From IMG/VR virus record IMGVR_UViG_3300021387_000299, positions 96,001 through 160,000 of that record: DNA of 64,000 bases, one strand, 5' to 3'. Below are positions 1-15,900 of the stretch, one piece after another. Source of the DNA: a virus (Duplodnaviria; Caudoviricetes). The first letter of the stretch is position 1. Every line of letters starts with the position of its first letter. A program made the position numbers and the translations under genes. The notes below the pieces were generated by a model. It searched no databases. It had not been told where the DNA came from and was given only the letters and a program-made list of their open reading frames with translations.

Positions 1-2220
1 GCCTTGGGATAAGTTCATTTCAAAATCTATATAATATTTTTCGTATCCAGTATAGCCTGCGGGATACAAGTAATCTCTTCCCCAAACATTATTATCTCTA
101 ACCTTAATTAAAAAATCATCATCTCTATAATAACGACGATAATCTTGCGCCATTTGATAGATAATTTCTCTTCAATCTACAAGCTGATATGTTTCTGGAT
201 AATAACTAGATAAATCTACAACTATTGGTTGTTCTGGACTTATAGTTGAATAATCATAGGGCATTTCACCAGGAAATGTAGGTTTATATACATACCAATT
301 AGCTGTTCCATCAAGATTAAATTCTTGATAAATTCTTCCACCTGGAAGAAAATCTTGATACTTATGACCGCAATTTAAAATATGAGTACCTCATTGTTTA
401 GTAATGTCATCTACTCAAATAACTTGAGCATTGGTGCTTTGACTATATCCTAAAGCATATTCATTACCAAGCATTTTCTGATTATCTTCTTTTGAAGGAT
501 AAAAATCCTTTTCTGAAGAATATCTATAATTTCCAAGATGTTTAGAAGGATAATATTTTTTTAATTGTTCTTCTGTAAGATCATCAGGGAATTCTCCATC
601 TTGTAATGCGGCAATAATAGCGTAATATTTCGCTCAGTCTAATACATTTCACCACTCTTCTGATAATCCATTAGGATTACGAGTTTTAGTATAATAGGCC
701 GTTCTTTTTAATTGATTAATTAATCTGACATCCTTTTCTTGTGCATATTCATCCATTCTTTTAGTATATTCGCTCATGCCCTTTTCTGTAACATATATCA
801 TGCCATCAAAATTTTTATATCACATAGGCTTATGATCTATGGCATAGCGCATATGAATAGGAATTTCAACATCCCCACTTTTACGACTTCCTCAAAGGGA
901 ATAATCGTTTTTAATATTACCTACATTTGGAGTATTTGAAATGGTAGAAATTAAAGTATTTTCATCAAATACAAAACCATATTTAGAATTAAATTCTTTA
1001 TCTTCTACTCAAATTTCTCTATTAATATCATGTTCTCCAATAATGTTATTATAATTAACGTCTAGATATGTTCTTTTTCGTTGAAAAATAAAATGTCCAT
1101 CAACATCATAAAAATATTCAAAATTACCAAGCATTTTTACTAATTTGTCTAAAATTGACGTAATTGTTTCTCCAGGAGATCCAATCAAATCATAAGGATA
1201 TACAATATCACAAATGCGGTAGCCGCATACCTGCAACCCATTATCTCGTTCAATTTTTGCAACTGTATATATAGTATTGCTTCCTTTTAACTTCACTCTA
1301 GCACGGTAGTAATTCTTTGTCTCTGTAACAGCTCCAGAAGGATCTAATTGTTCTAATAATTTTTCATAACTGTAAGTTGGTGGGTTCAATGCGCCGGCTG
1401 CGGCCAACTTGCCCGTTTCTGCGATCTTTTCTATCTCACTAATTTTTATATCAAAATCAGTCCAATCCAAACTTTTTGGAGAATCGTTTACTCAATCTAC
1501 CAGCTCAACAGAAACTAATAAATCTGGATTAAAAACCATTTGGGCGACTTCTCTTGAGTCATTAGCACCACTTGCATCGTATTCAATTAAATAATAAAAT
1601 GGTGTCTTACCTTGATATTCCAATAATTCAATTCCATAATCATCTAAATCATTAACAATGATATTCTGTCAAGGTTCTTGCGCATATTCATGTACTGCTT
1701 GTAAAATTATATCTTTAATTGGAATTTGTGTATTTTTAATAGTACCATCTTCTAGGGTTTCATCCATTGTTCCAAAATCCCAAGAAGATGGAATAACTCC
1801 ACCAAAATCACCATTCAATAAAGCCATCTTATCTTTCCCCTGAAGAGAAATCGTATAGTTGTTTGCGCTTAAAGAACAAGAAAATGAAGATAATAAAAAT
1901 ATACCTTGATTAAATCAAATAATATCTGGATAAGTAGGATCTATATGATTTTCTAATCCTATCTCAATTTTAACCTTACTCTTTAACATTCAATAATAGT
2001 CATTGATATTTACTTCGTTTGCAACTAACGTCAAAGAACAAGTACGACGAACAGCAGAAGATCCATCAATGTTAATAGATCCTGCGGTTATACGTCCGGT
2101 GAATTCTTCTATTGGATATTCATTAAAATCTAAAGAGATAACTTTTGCCCAAGTAAATTGATGCTGATATTTACTCAATTGTTCTAAAAAATCTTCATTT
2201 AGCATAGGATTTTTTTGCAT
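1..2220 (-). CDS. Tail-tip/baseplate-type structural protein, TGA-recoded, runs off the left window edge
   Basis: ATG at 2220 after a GGAGG RBS. Track fragments 1990-2220 and 1009-1470 are in frame and joined through TGA codons. Lies at the distal end of the tail module. Confidence 0.7.
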
Positions 2221-2231
2221 AAATTACCTCC

Positions 2232-5200
2232 TTACTTCTTTGACATATAATCATTTAATACTCTAGTTAGCTCTGCAATATATTTTGAATATATTTCTAA
2301 AAGACCACCCGGTTTGCGCAAACGCACAGTTTTCTCTTCTCAAGTTAAGACTTTTTTATTTGCTACATCACCATTGAAAGCATCTAAAGCGTCCATATAT
2401 TTTTGTCGAATAGAAATAAAATCAGCATCAGTAGAGCTACTTTCTAATACATAATCAGTTGTAGTTTTTTGATAATATATATTAGCATAAACACCGTTAT
2501 TTAATAAAACATCTAAAGAATTTGCATCAAGATTATTTAATGTATATTTTTCTAATTCTGCAATACTAATATTTTCATCACCATGTTGGAAACTTGGGTC
2601 ATAGATAAAATCTTCTCCGACCTTATAAACATTACCATTTCATCCATCAATAACATATAAAGGTTCAGCATCCAATATTTCTCGTATTTCTTGATTATCT
2701 TCTAGTGCTAATTGCGCATATGCTAACGATTTATTTACAAGCTCTTCTTCAGCTGTCGTTGCCATTAGCAATCTATCTATAAAATATCTTTCAAGTAAAT
2801 GCTGATAATCATGATTTAATTCTGATACGTAATGATTGTTATTATCTAATTTTAATTGATGCTCAAAAACATTATTACCATCAATTGTCAGACCCTTTAC
2901 TACATAAAAGGCAAATGGTGCAAAGTCCATCATATTTTTATGCGTAAATGGAATTGGATTCGGCTCATAATCTAAATATAAATCAGTTCTAGTTTGATTA
3001 AAATAGCCAAAATTTTCATTATCTTGATCATCCACAATAGTGCCTCAAACATTTCCACTAGGAGCAAAAGAGGATACACTTCCATCATAATAGACATATT
3101 TAATTGGTCTACTAAAAATATCAATTTGATTAATATAGAAAACTTCTTCCTTTTTAGAAACATCTATTCCTTCCAATGTTTGTAATTCTTGGAAAATAGA
3201 TTTTTTGGTTGCCCCAACTAACTGTTTAGCTACGCCTATATTTGTATGAATATTTTCCATTAAATTAAATTCATTTCTATAATTATCTTCGCCCATATAG
3301 GAAATAGTAGGACTAGTTCCCATAAACACATTATTATTACCATCCGCAGATCCTAGAATATAAATACCATAGATTGGAGTTATATCATCAGCAATATAAT
3401 TTCCAGTTGCGCCAATAGTAATAATCAATCCATTATTGCGATTAATAGGTTCTCCCGGAATAAAAAGTCCATCTTGATTAAAAACTAACTGCACCTTTGT
3501 TCCAGGTTTTAAATCAAATAATCTTATAGAAGTTGTAAAAGCACCTTTTCTATCTGCAAAAAATAAATTATTAGAATGTCCATCTTTAAATGAAATATCT
3601 AACAATGATTGTTGTTTTAACGAAGTAATTTGTGAATATACCTGTTCTGCTGGAATTTCTTTTAATATTCCATATTTTATATAATTATTTCTATTTAAAT
3701 CTGCACACTCATATGCGGTCATTGTAACATTGTGTAGCATACGCCCTAAACTCTTTTCAGGTGATAAAGAAACATCCATTAGTCGCACAAGATAATTTCC
3801 TTCTGCGGGTGACTTAAATAGTTTTACTTGTCCATTATTTAGCCAATCTAAAACTTTTAATTTAAATAATCTTTCAGACTGAAGATTTCTTGAAACAAGA
3901 TCAGTATATTTATAAGAATTATGATCATGTTCATTATCATGTCTATGCTCGCGCAAATCTTCTCGATTAATTTCTTCATATGTTGTAAACAACTCATTAT
4001 CATCACTTAACATTGAAATTAATCCTGTAATTGGAAATGATTTATATCCAATTCTTGCGTTTCTAAAAAAGAACGGATATTTACTTCCAATAGTTTCAGA
4101 TCTGGCTTCAGCTAATTGTGTTTTAAAACTAGCAACTTGAGGATTAAATCTTAATTTTAATTGACGAGTTCCATCATATAAAAATATATCCTCAAAATCA
4201 GCATAAATTAAATTACTTTTCTTTCTATTTGTAAATAAACCTTGTTCATTGTATTGTTGCAAAGAATATGTGTAATATTTTCCCTGTTCAATATAAAAAT
4301 CTTTAAATAAAATTTTAGATTCGGTTATCTCATTATTGATAGAAAATTTATATAATTCTTCTCAATAACCAGGATTTAAAGAATCTTCTCTAGAAATTAC
4401 ATACATACCATTAGAAAACTCTGCACCCTCTTCATTATAAAGATATAAATCAATATAACCTTCATCATAATTTAATTCTGCTACAAGATTTCCTCCAACA
4501 GTAGTATCATAAGTTTGAATATTAGCTATAAAATATAGTGGACTAGATTTTATCAAACCATTTGTTGTTGTTACGGTGTATTTAATAGAATAAATTTCAT
4601 CATCTGGAATATCTCTATTAAATGCATAAGTTTCAGTTGCAATATATTCTTTTGAATCGTTTTGAATATTATGTAATAAATCTCCACTAGTATAAGCTAA
4701 AGTACCATCAGGATAAAAAATTTCAAATTTACTAGAATACACTTTTTCAGTAACATCTTTTCCTTCGCCCTGTTCAAAATAACCAACAAACTCTGGTGCA
4801 TTCTTATTAATTTCTGTATTTTCAAAACCTACAATTTTTACAACAGGATCAGAAGTACACTTAATAACTCCAACAGTAGAATAATAACCTTCATTTCCAT
4901 CTTCATCAAAAAAAGCTAATTGAATTTTATAATATTGTCCTATCTTAAATGAAAATAAATTTTCATCCTCATATAGTTTTCAATTTGTTATATAAAAAGT
5001 TACCTGCCCATTAGCATCAGCATCTAAAACTTCATAACGTCCTCCACAATCTGCAGCCTTTACAGAAGCTAAAAGAACATCATTTTGAACTGTTTTAATT
5101 TTTATTTTTGCTGATGTAACATTAGCGACATTAGTTGCTCTATTAAAAGTAAAGGGAATGGTCATTACTCCATTCCCTTTATCATCTAAGCTAAAAGCAG

Positions 5201-5240
5201 GCAACACTCCCTCAAGATAAGGGGGATACAATTTTGCCAT
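2232..5240 (-). CDS. Large tail/baseplate protein (~1002 aa), TGA-recoded
   Basis: Starts MAKLYPPYLEG after GGAGG. Fragments 4980-5255, 4362-4742, 3045-4262 and 2640-3035 share one frame and each ends in TGA. True stop TAA at 2232-2234. Confidence 0.75.
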
Positions 5241-5255
5241 AACTTTTACCTCCAA

Positions 5256-5429
5256 TTACTCTGCATCTTCTGAAATTGGCTCAGCTGCTCTCTCTTGTGC
5301 CGCAGCCTCAGCTTCAATAATAACTTGCTGAAGCGCTTGCATACAATTACTCATTGTAATTGCATCATTACCCTTTACACTTATTTCCATAAGAGCACTT
5401 AAAATATTCTTTAACACCTGTGTATTCAT
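5256..5429 (-). CDS. Small hypothetical protein (57 aa) in the tail module
   Basis: AGGAG RBS, MNTQVLKNILSALMEISVKG..., TAA stop. Fills the gap between two tail genes. Confidence 0.65.
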   Translation of the reverse strand: MNTQVLKNILSALMEISVKGNDAITMSNCMQALQQVIIEAEAAAQERAAEPISEDAE

Positions 5430-5455
5430 ATATCTTTCTCCTTTTTCTCTATATA

Positions 5456-8400
5456 TTAATTACCAGAATTTCAATCTTCTGGTATATCTACATCTAATTC
5501 TCTAAGCGCAGAAATTAATTTGTCAAACATATTATCAACTTCTTGCTTAGAATAATAATTGGATAAATTTACTGATGACGATGCTGGTGCTTGAATTATA
5601 GTGTTGCCAATTTGCGCAATATTGACAGCATCTCCCTCCAATTCATAAAGCGAAACATCACTTTCTCTTAAAAACTGATCATTTGTTTCATTTTTAAAGA
5701 AAGCTAAATCTTTTTCTTGAATAATTTGATTAACGGTTCCTTCTATTGCTGAGCTTGGAACAGTAACAACATCATTATTTGAAATTCAAGACTGATCATT
5801 ACCAATCTTTAAAGATCCATTTAATCTAATATCACCATTTACAATAAACTCTGAATAAGATTCAAGTTTACCATTTGATAAATTTAATCTTAATCCACGT
5901 CCTCCCTTACCATTATTTGGCTTCTGGAAATCTCGTGTTTGTAAATAATAATTTCCTTCACTCAGCACATCAGCTGGACTGTCTCCAATACTAATTAATC
6001 TAGAAAATGTACTATATCCTTCTGTACCGTCATTTTTCATACTATAAGAATCAATAGAAAAATAAGCACCGTTATTATCATCTCTTGGAGTAGCATCTAA
6101 AGTAATTTTAACACAATTTTCTTTATCATCTTCATTAAACATCTTTAAAGAATTTTCAGTTAAATGAAGTTGTAATCCAGTTGTTCCATTAGATTTTTGC
6201 CAGTTAGCACTTTCAATAGTTCCTTCATTTCCACTGAAATAAATTCTTCCGGTTCCATCTTTACCTAAAAAGGCTTCACCATCAGTGCCAATTCTGAATA
6301 CCGTTTCTCCACCATCAAATCCAAATAATCCACTTTCTGTTGGTTTGATATCACTTTTAGAATCTGTAATTGATCCAATTAAAACTCCAGATACGCTACC
6401 TTCTTTATTAATCTTTAAACTACTAGCCGCAGCATGTTGAATAACTTTACCACTATTATTTAACTCAGTATTATAAAAGCTACCATCATCAGCAACTAAC
6501 AAAGTGTCAAACCATCCTGTTATACCTGGAACATTAAATTTATTTTGAACTACCGCAATAGGAAAAGCAATAGTACAATTATCTCATTCATCGCTATATC
6601 TTAAACTAATTCCGATTTGCGGATGATCGTCATCTTGTTTAAATGTTTCAGTGGGTCGAATAATTCCATTTTCCGCAATTTTTAAATAACGTGCGGCAAA
6701 CTCTTTATCAATTTGCACTTCATCTTGAATTTCATAACGTGATTCTAATACACTGTTCGATGAATTAATAGGGATTGCGCATTGATCAATAATTTCTTCT
6801 AATTTTTTTTCATGCTCAGCCTGTTTTGTTTTAAATTCTTCTTTTTTTTGTTCTAACTGTTCGGCATTATTTTCATGATTTATTCATTGTAAAATAGATA
6901 ATCTATCAATCTCATCTTGAATACTTTGTTTTTCAATTTCTCATCTAGTATTTTCTTTTGAAATTTCTTGCTCATACCACAATGAAGCTTTAATTGCCGT
7001 ATTTTGTGGTAACATACAAGATAGATTAGAAGAAGTATCATAAACTATTACATTTGGCCCAAATACTTTGTATCCTAATTTAACAATAGGAATTGGTAAT
7101 AATTGATGATAAAGGATGTCAGTTGCACCATCCTCTTTTAAATACTGAGCATCAAGAATAACACCATAGGTATTATCTCATTTTATTCCAGTATTACCAG
7201 TAAATCAATTATTTCTATTATATTTAACAGCAACTTTAACATGTAATGGTGTTTCACCATTTTCTTTAAATTCTATTACTGTTAAAAATCTTAATTCTTT
7301 TGGATTACCATAGAAGAAGTTTTTTCCTTGTATCCATGGTAATATTATACTATTTTTTTCTTCGCTTGTCAAATTGATTTCTTTATTTTTTGCATCATAT
7401 AAATGAATTTCAATTTCTCGATAATAACTATTTTCATTTCCGATATAATCAGTAACAGCATTATCTTGTTCTCCAACAGCTTTAAACTCAATATCTCTTG
7501 CTATTCCAGTATTCAAACTACCAGCGCTTCAAATTTCATCATCCTCATAAAAAGCCCCTTTTGCTTTATCTAAAGTACCTTTTGAAATTGGACGAATCAA
7601 TTTGCCTAAATTTAAAGTAAACATATAATCAGAACCATCATAACTAAATTGACTAAATAAAAGTTCTTGAGTTACTTTAATTACTCCGGTTTTTTGAATA
7701 ATATAACATGCTATTGTATTGCGCGTTGCTGATGCTCTATAAGATTGCGCAATTTGATATTTTAATTGATACTTATCAACGCCATTTTTCTTAATATATG
7801 TGCTTGCAATATTATACGATATAAAGCTTGAATGACGTTTAAATAAATCATCATCTCTTTCCAATACTATATTATCTTCTAATTCAGAAGGTAAAATTGA
7901 AATCATTGATCGGGTATTTGCTACTGGAACTTCTCAAATTACAATATCGTCTGCGGGAAATAAATATGATCCAGCAGTATCCGATATGCAAACAGCTTCC
8001 ACTGTTCTAATTTCATTTGCATATTCCGAAGACACTATCATTCCAGTATTTCCATCGTATACTCGATATTCACCATTTAAACCATCGCTAAATGAAAAGT
8101 GAGCTAATTCATTTTTCTTAGCAGCTTCATCTAATATGTCACCTTCATTTGTAAATTCGATAACTGCGGTTTCACTTGGTGTTCTATAATATTTAGGACT
8201 TGCTATATCATAAGTTCCTTTTTTAATTTTGGTATTTCCTCAATCATCTATTTCTGTTGCTCAAGGGCCATATTCAATTATTACCTGATATTTAGTAGAT
8301 TTGCTATTAAAGTCTGGTAAAATTCCATCTTTTATAAAAAGATCTTCATCAATTAAACATCAGTCCTTCCCAGCTAAATTATTTTTAAAAGTTCTATTAT

Positions 8401-9829
8401 AAATTTCTTTTCAGCCATTACCACTATTTTCTTCTCCAAGAGCAGATTTATCATTAGCTAATTTTTGCGCCAATAAATCTTTTCCTTGTGAAGTAAATCA
8501 TTCAGAGGAAGTTAATTCTTCATCTGAGTTATAATAAATAATACTATTGCGAAATATATTTTCTTTTATATATTGAGTCTCTTCTAATTGTAAAGCATTA
8601 TCTTTTGTTCACTCTGGCATTTTATCTTCTTCAAGTTCTGGTTTATTATTTTCAATCCATTTATTCCATTCATCTCAATGTTCTAATATTAAAATATCTG
8701 CTTCATATTGAGCAATTAAATTTTCTAAAGACTCTTTTTGATATATAAAATCAGAATCGCTAATATTTTTATATCAATGAATATTAACATTTTCTAATCC
8801 GAGATCTTTTGCTTGAGAAGCGCTTGTGATTGTAATGGGTTTTTGAGATCCATCTCCATTTATTAAATCAGTATATTTTCAATCTATACGAATATCTTTT
8901 TGATTGTAAAGATCAGCATCCTTAGAGTTATAAGTATTACCACTAGTAGTATATAAAGTAATTGCATTTTCAGAAGTTGGTTTATCGTTTCCATAATATA
9001 AAGAAATATTCTTTACATATATGTTATCTTCCATTACACTACCATCTGGATATAATCCAGTTATTAACTCACCAGATCCATCTTTAAAATTTCCACCCTG
9101 GAAAAAATAAATTTCTATTGCAGAGACATTTCATTTTTCTATATTAAATAATGCCTGCTGTTCTATATAAGATCTAAAATTATAAATATTACCAACCATA
9201 TTATCTGAACTTCTTAGATAAAATGATTGTCTTACAGGCTCATTTGTTTCTTTATTTGTTCCTATTACTGTAAATTGTAGGCCATAATCTCCTTCAGTAT
9301 TTTCTCCAACCATTACTTGGAATTCTGCGGATACGCCTAAAAATTTATATAAATTTCCATTTGTTTGAATGGTGTCTATTAAAATATAGTCGGGTGTTTT
9401 ATCTAACTTATGGGTTTTATCATAGTTTGCCAGTAGAGAATATTCAATATCATCTTCTGTCGTAAAAATTTGATCTATTTGTTGATAAGAACTTAATGGC
9501 AACTCATAGTCATAAAATTCTTCATCATTACTAGATTCTCCTCTATATAAACCGCTAATCTCTTTCTGTTGGGTAAAATCATTATTGCGAATTGTCACAT
9601 ACACTTTAGTTCCAATTTTATATGTTTTATTTTCAGAAGTAGCAATATATCTAGCTGAACCATTTCAAACTATATATTGTCCCTTATCTCGATTAGTAAT
9701 ATCTACAATCTCGACCAGTTCTGTTCTATCAAAAGGCAAATTTTCAACCGCCCTTTTTGCGTGAATAGCCATGGCTTCATTTAAAAAATAAACATAATCA
9801 TCAACAGTCTTCTTAATTTCATCTGCCAT
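5456..9829 (-). CDS. Large tail protein (tail fibre/receptor-binding-like, ~1457 aa), TGA-recoded
   Basis: ATG at 9829 after GGAGG. Fragments 9131-9604, 7529-7906, 7205-7516 and 5786-6502 are in the same frame and end in TGA. Gly-rich beta-strand C-terminal part. Stop TAA 5456-5458. Confidence 0.7.
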
Positions 9830-9938
9830 ATATTCACCCTCCTTTTTCTCCTTATATCTCTTTATTCTTTAAAAAGAAAGTTATTTTTTTATTTATATTT
9901 GACCAAAAAAATAAAGGAGGACTAAGTCCTCCTTTAAA

Positions 9939-12900
9939 TTATTTTCTATTTACATATTGAGTAGCTGAATTAATTAAATTATTTAAAGCTAATTCAATTT
10001 CAGTATGCGATTGCACATTAGGGAATGAAGCTTCAATATGAACGTTTTGATTTAACTCTTCACTACCAATAGAGTTAATACCATTATAATTAATATTATT
10101 CTTAAATACTGATTGCAATTTTGTAGTTGCCTGTGAAGCCATTTGTCTGACGAAACCAACAACTTTTAACATATTTGAAGTATCATCTTTATTTAATACG
10201 AGTTCTTTCTGATGAAGAACTGCCAAGCGTCCAGAATCAGTAGATCAATTTCCAGTATATCCACCAGTATCATAAATACCCTGGGTTGGAATATTTTTAC
10301 CTCCTGGCATAATATAACCAGTAGAAGGTTCTCCTTTAATTGTTTTTGAATCAATACAAGTTGAATCTTCATATAAACGATAAGTACCTGTTACCGTACC
10401 ACGAGCTTTAGCTTCATCAACAACTTTATTAAATGCCGCTTTTGCGCTTGCTCGAGTAGTATACGTTTCGCTTGTGCCTAATGTATAAGCATTTCCACTA
10501 GGAGGATAAATACTATATACCTTTATAGATCCCGTTGGTCCTGATGGTCCAGTGCCTCCAGTGTAAGGTCCTCCTCCACCTGCTCCGCCGCCAGAATCAT
10601 TACCTCCTGCAGCTGCACTATTTGCTGCTGCAACTGCCGCCGCAGTAGCTGATGCTTGTTGAGCTAGTTTAACTTGTGCTTGATATGTTTCACTTAATTT
10701 CTTTAACATTTCATTCAATGCACTAACGGTCGCCTGCGTAGCATTTTGAATACTGGTCATATATTTACCATATTTATCATCAAAATCTTTTGCTGCTTGC
10801 TTTGCATCTTCTAATGCCTTCTTTATGCCATTTTCTTCATTATTAACCATGTCATAAATAGCTTCCTTTGCTTTCTGGCTATCTTCTGCAACGGAATTCA
10901 TATCGGTTTCAGCCTTAGTCGCGAATTCATCGACAGTTGTTCCGGCTTCTTCATAAATAGCATAACAATTATCCTGCCATGTTTGAAGTGCTTCTTCTCC
11001 GGCCGCAAGCATATCTTCTCAAGCTAATTCTCCAGCATCCATTAATTCAGTTAATGTATCATATCCAGTAATTGCACTTAATACTGTTCTATCAAAACTT
11101 GTAATTAAGTCTTCATCGCTTAATAGTTTCATCTGAACAATATTTTCAATGTCTGCTCAATCATCATCTCTAAAGCGCTTTTGCTCATCAAATAATACGC
11201 CCATTTGATCTGTTAATCAACTAAGTTTTGCAATACGTTCTTCATTTAATGCTGCCATTGCTTGAGCATATTCTTCAGTGCCTTCTTTATACTTAGCTAA
11301 GATTTCAGCTTCGCGTTCAGCAAAGTATTGATTTCATTCTAATCATTTAGATTGTAAATCATTAGACATTGAAACCATATAATCTTGATAATCATAGACG
11401 GCTTCAGCGTAATTTTCTTCAGCATCTCCAATAGCATCTTGATCAGCCGTGTAAGTATAACTGAAGTTACCCTCATTATCTCGGGTCATTCTTACTGCAC
11501 TCTTGGCCTGCTGCGCATCTCTTAACTGAGCTTCTGCTTGCAATAATGCAATTCTACGTTCAATAATTCCAGCTTCATATTCTGAAATTTCAACACCGGC
11601 CGCCATTTTCGCATTAATTTCATCAAGAAGATCATTCATCTTGCCTTTAATTAACGTGTTATTAGTATCTTGTAAACTCTTATTAAGTTTTCTTACAGAT
11701 GCATTTAATTCATGATATTTCTTATAATCTGGCAAATATAATTCATTTAACTCTTGTTGAGTTTTAAATTGTTCCGCCATCCAGGTTAAATCCATATCTC
11801 CAAAAGCGTTCTCATAATCTTCCTTCATTAAATCTATAGATTTTTCGAATGCATCATTAGCTGCTTGTAATGCTTCTTCTCAAGCGCTGTAATAATTTTC
11901 TGTAGCGTCAGTATATAATTCTTCTAATTGTTCAAAATGCTCTTTCCAATATTTATAGCTTTGCTCATCACCTTCAAGTTGATATTTCAACATTAGCTTT
12001 TGAGCATCTTCCATTTGCTCGCGCCACTCTTCCATCTGCGCCTTTGCAGCACCGAGCGCATCTTGAGCATTTTTAACAATTTGCTGACTCATCTTTCTTA
12101 ATTCAGAAGATGAAAGTTTTAATAATTTTCTTCCAGTTAAATCAACAATGCTAGCATAATGCTTCATAATATTGCCAGCCTGCTCAATCTTTTCACTCTG
12201 TTTTTCAAACTCTTCTGCCATTGTGGTAATAGTATCTGATAAAATTTCGTGAACTTCATCGGCAGTGTCTTTCATACTGGTATATGTTGTCATTAAGCCA
12301 GATAAGTAATTTCTCAATTGTTCGGCTTCTTTTTCAGTTAACTCACTAGCTAACTGTTCATTTTTCATGAACTCTTGAAGTTGTAAAACCAATTGATCTG
12401 AATTTAAATTATCAAAATCTAAATCAATACCATGATTTGAGAATATTTCTTTAATACCTCTTCGATAATTCTCTCAATCTTGATCGAAAGTTTTCATTTG
12501 CTCATTTAGATTTGCAATTCTATCGGCAGCGCGATCTGCACCATCGCCCATATTATCAAAAATCCATTGTAGCAATTCTCTATCTTTATCATCAAAATCT
12601 AATTGCAGTTTTACTTGTCAATCAATTTTCTCCAATTTAGCATCATAAATTGCATTAATTTGATCTATACGATTATCAATCTGCTCTTGAAGTAAATTGT
12701 AAGTATCTTCATACTGCTTTAAAATTTTCTTATTTTCTTCATATGTTTTTTGTGCTTTTTCAAGAATTTCCTTATCAGCTTCTTCTTGCGCACTTTCGTT
12801 ATAGGTATCAATAGCTTTATTATATGTGGCAGTGATATTAGCCAATACTTGTTCATAGTTAGTAAGCATGCCATTTTCGTCAAAGATAGCACCCATACCA

Positions 12901-15900
12901 ATACCCTTTAGATTACCTAAATCTAAAGCCAAGTATTTTTTAATTTCAGCTATATATTCATCAGTTAGTTTAACTTGTTTTTCAAGAGCTTCAATCTCAT
13001 CATTGATATATTTTAACTTAGATTTGCCATAAGTACGCTCTCTTGTTTTATTTAAACGATCAGTTGATTTATTCAAATCATCAATACGTTCTTTTATATC
13101 ATGATAACGATCTTGATCTTTAACGTGTTCTTTAACTTCTTTCTTTTTGGCAGAGCCGCCTCCGCCGCCTTTTCCACCAGAAGATTTAGGAGATACTCCA
13201 CCGCCTCCATGAGTAGCTTGGCTAAATTTGAAATTACCACCAGTTGATTTGTGTGCTGATTTTACTTTTAAGGTAAATCCAGTTTCTTCTTTTGGCTCTG
13301 TTAATGTTGTTTCATTTCTTTCATATTCAACTCCATGCACGACAGTTCTAAATGGTTGCGCTTTTGTGTTACCTTCTCCATCAACTGTTGTTGTAAATCC
13401 GTCTTCTCGATGCTCTGTTATATGTGGAGTAAATCCTGCAACAACCTTTTGATCTGTTGCTTTGGTTTTATGTTCTTCAATTTCTGCATCAATACCCATA
13501 TTAGCAAGATAAGCAGTAGCTTGTTCTTGTGTCATATGAGCAGCATTAACCAAATTAGTTAACTCAGTTAAGAAACCTTCATCATTTAACTCTGCGCCAA
13601 TTTGCAATTTACCGAATTCTTCTGAATTAACAAAATTTCGCAAAGCTTCAGCTCTATCATAAAAGTCATCATCAATTAAAGTTAAATGGGCAACAATATC
13701 TTGATTTGCTCTTTCTTGTAAATCAGTATAAGCTTTCTCATTTCCTTCAATTGCTTGTTTCATTAAATCAAGATTTTCTGCATTTCGCAAGAAATCAGAT
13801 GACAAAACAGAACCATCTATATCTAATAAATTGGCATAAGATTTACGCATTTCATTGGCAGCTTTAGTGGCTCTTTGCATGCTATTACTATTTAAGGCTT
13901 TATTTCAATCTTCATAGCTTTCTGTAACATCTTGAATTGCATCATCAAATCTAATTATTGCCGCCGCGACTCTTGAAGATTCTCTTTGGCATTCACTTAA
14001 ATGATTATCTAACTCATCAATTGCAGTTGCATTTTTATAAATATAATCAGTTAAATTTTTAAATTCTTCCTGAACTTCGGCCGCCTGTTTTTTAGTTAAA
14101 CCTTCTGTATCAAACTCTATTGGAGTATTATCTAATACTTTTTTTTCTTCCGCTTTAAGTTTTGCAACTTTCTCAGAATCTTCTTCAAATTTTCTAATTA
14201 TTTCAGTATAATTTTTATCAAAATCATCTCTCGCATTTTGTAAAGCTTGTTGATAAGCCTCTGCCGTAATCTCATCTAAATTTTTTAATTCTTCATTTAC
14301 TTGTTCAATTAAATATTGTTGAATTTCTTCATTTAGATATTCTTTATCTTGACTTCATAAAACATTAGATATATCTTCACCAATTTCATTATTAACACCA
14401 GTAGAAATTAACGCATCTAATGAAGATTGTTCAATTTGATTATTATTATAAAGAACTTCACTTAATTTACGAATTTCCTCTTGATGAGCTAATAATGCAT
14501 TAACGATTTCTGAATTATCTATACCAAGAGCTTCTTTTAAAGATTCAGAATTTAAAAAAGCATCGCTATTCTCTTTTCAAACATCAATTGCTTTTTGCAA
14601 AATTTCTTCACTAATTGTATTAATAGAAGGTACTGCTTCACCATAACCAGTTGGCACATACGATGATGTTTCTCCTGTTTCATAGGTCATTCCCCTAGCA
14701 GCCTCTGTTAAATCCCTAGTATAATTCGCATCTCTAGAATTTTTATCTGCATTTAAACTATCTATATATTTAGAAATTGAGTCAAAATATTGAAGATTTA
14801 CTATTTTCTCCATTTGTTTTTGCTGAATTTCTAATAATCCATTAACATTTTTTAAACCAACCGCTAAATCAGGATATTTAGAAATTAAATCCAATGTTTC
14901 TGCATTTAAATCTTGAACAGATTTTAATCATTCATCAGACCCTTCCTTCAAATCACTTAATGCATTTCGTGCTTCTAAATGATTTTCAAGAGTAGACTTT
15001 AACGATTTAAAAGCATTATTTACTTCATCATATGCCTGCTTTGCTTCCTCTGCTTTTTTTGCTGCTTCTTCTGCAGCCTTTGCTTCCTTATTTCATTCAT
15101 TATTAACGGCATTAATAGCCAGAACTAGTGCCGTTAATGCTCCAATAATAATTCATACCGGTATTGGCATCTTTATTATAAAGTCCAAAAAAGACATACC
15201 TTTTACCGAAGCTAATGTAGCGCCAGTAGCCAACATAAATAAGCCTTTTGTTAAAGCGGCTACACCCGTAAATAAAGCAGGTAATCCCATTAAAATTGCT
15301 GGTAAAGCTTGTTTTATTCGATCTAAAGGTTCTAAATCCTGATTATCTAAAATTTCAATAGCATTTGAAAGAGTGGTAATTCCCATTGTTAATTGAGTTA
15401 TTCCAGCAAATGCTGTTGTTATACCATCGGCAAAAGACTCTCGTAAAAAGAAAGGTAAATTATCATCAGAACTTCCACCTGGAGACGATGATTTACCACT
15501 TATACCTTCTCGATATTTTTCTTCAGCCCCGTTAAGTTTTTCAGTAACATCATCTAAATCTTGTGTGGCTTGCTCTATATCACGAGTAGCTTCATCTAAT
15601 TCTTCATTTAATTCTGTTACTTCATTATTAACATTATCTAAATCTTTCGTTGTTTTATCTATATTATGAACAACTCTTTTTTTAACATTTTCAATAATTT
15701 TATCTCTTTTTGCAGTTAATTCATCAAGTTTTTTATTATACTCTGCAATTTCAGCTTCAAGAGCATCTCTTTTTGCTATAAGTTCTGCGCTCTCTTTTGC
15801 ATCTGTAGGAGTTTTATTTATAACTGTTTCCAAACGAGCTTCAGCATTTCTCTTTTGTTTTCGCGTATTAACAATTTGTCCTTGGATTTTTTGATAATTC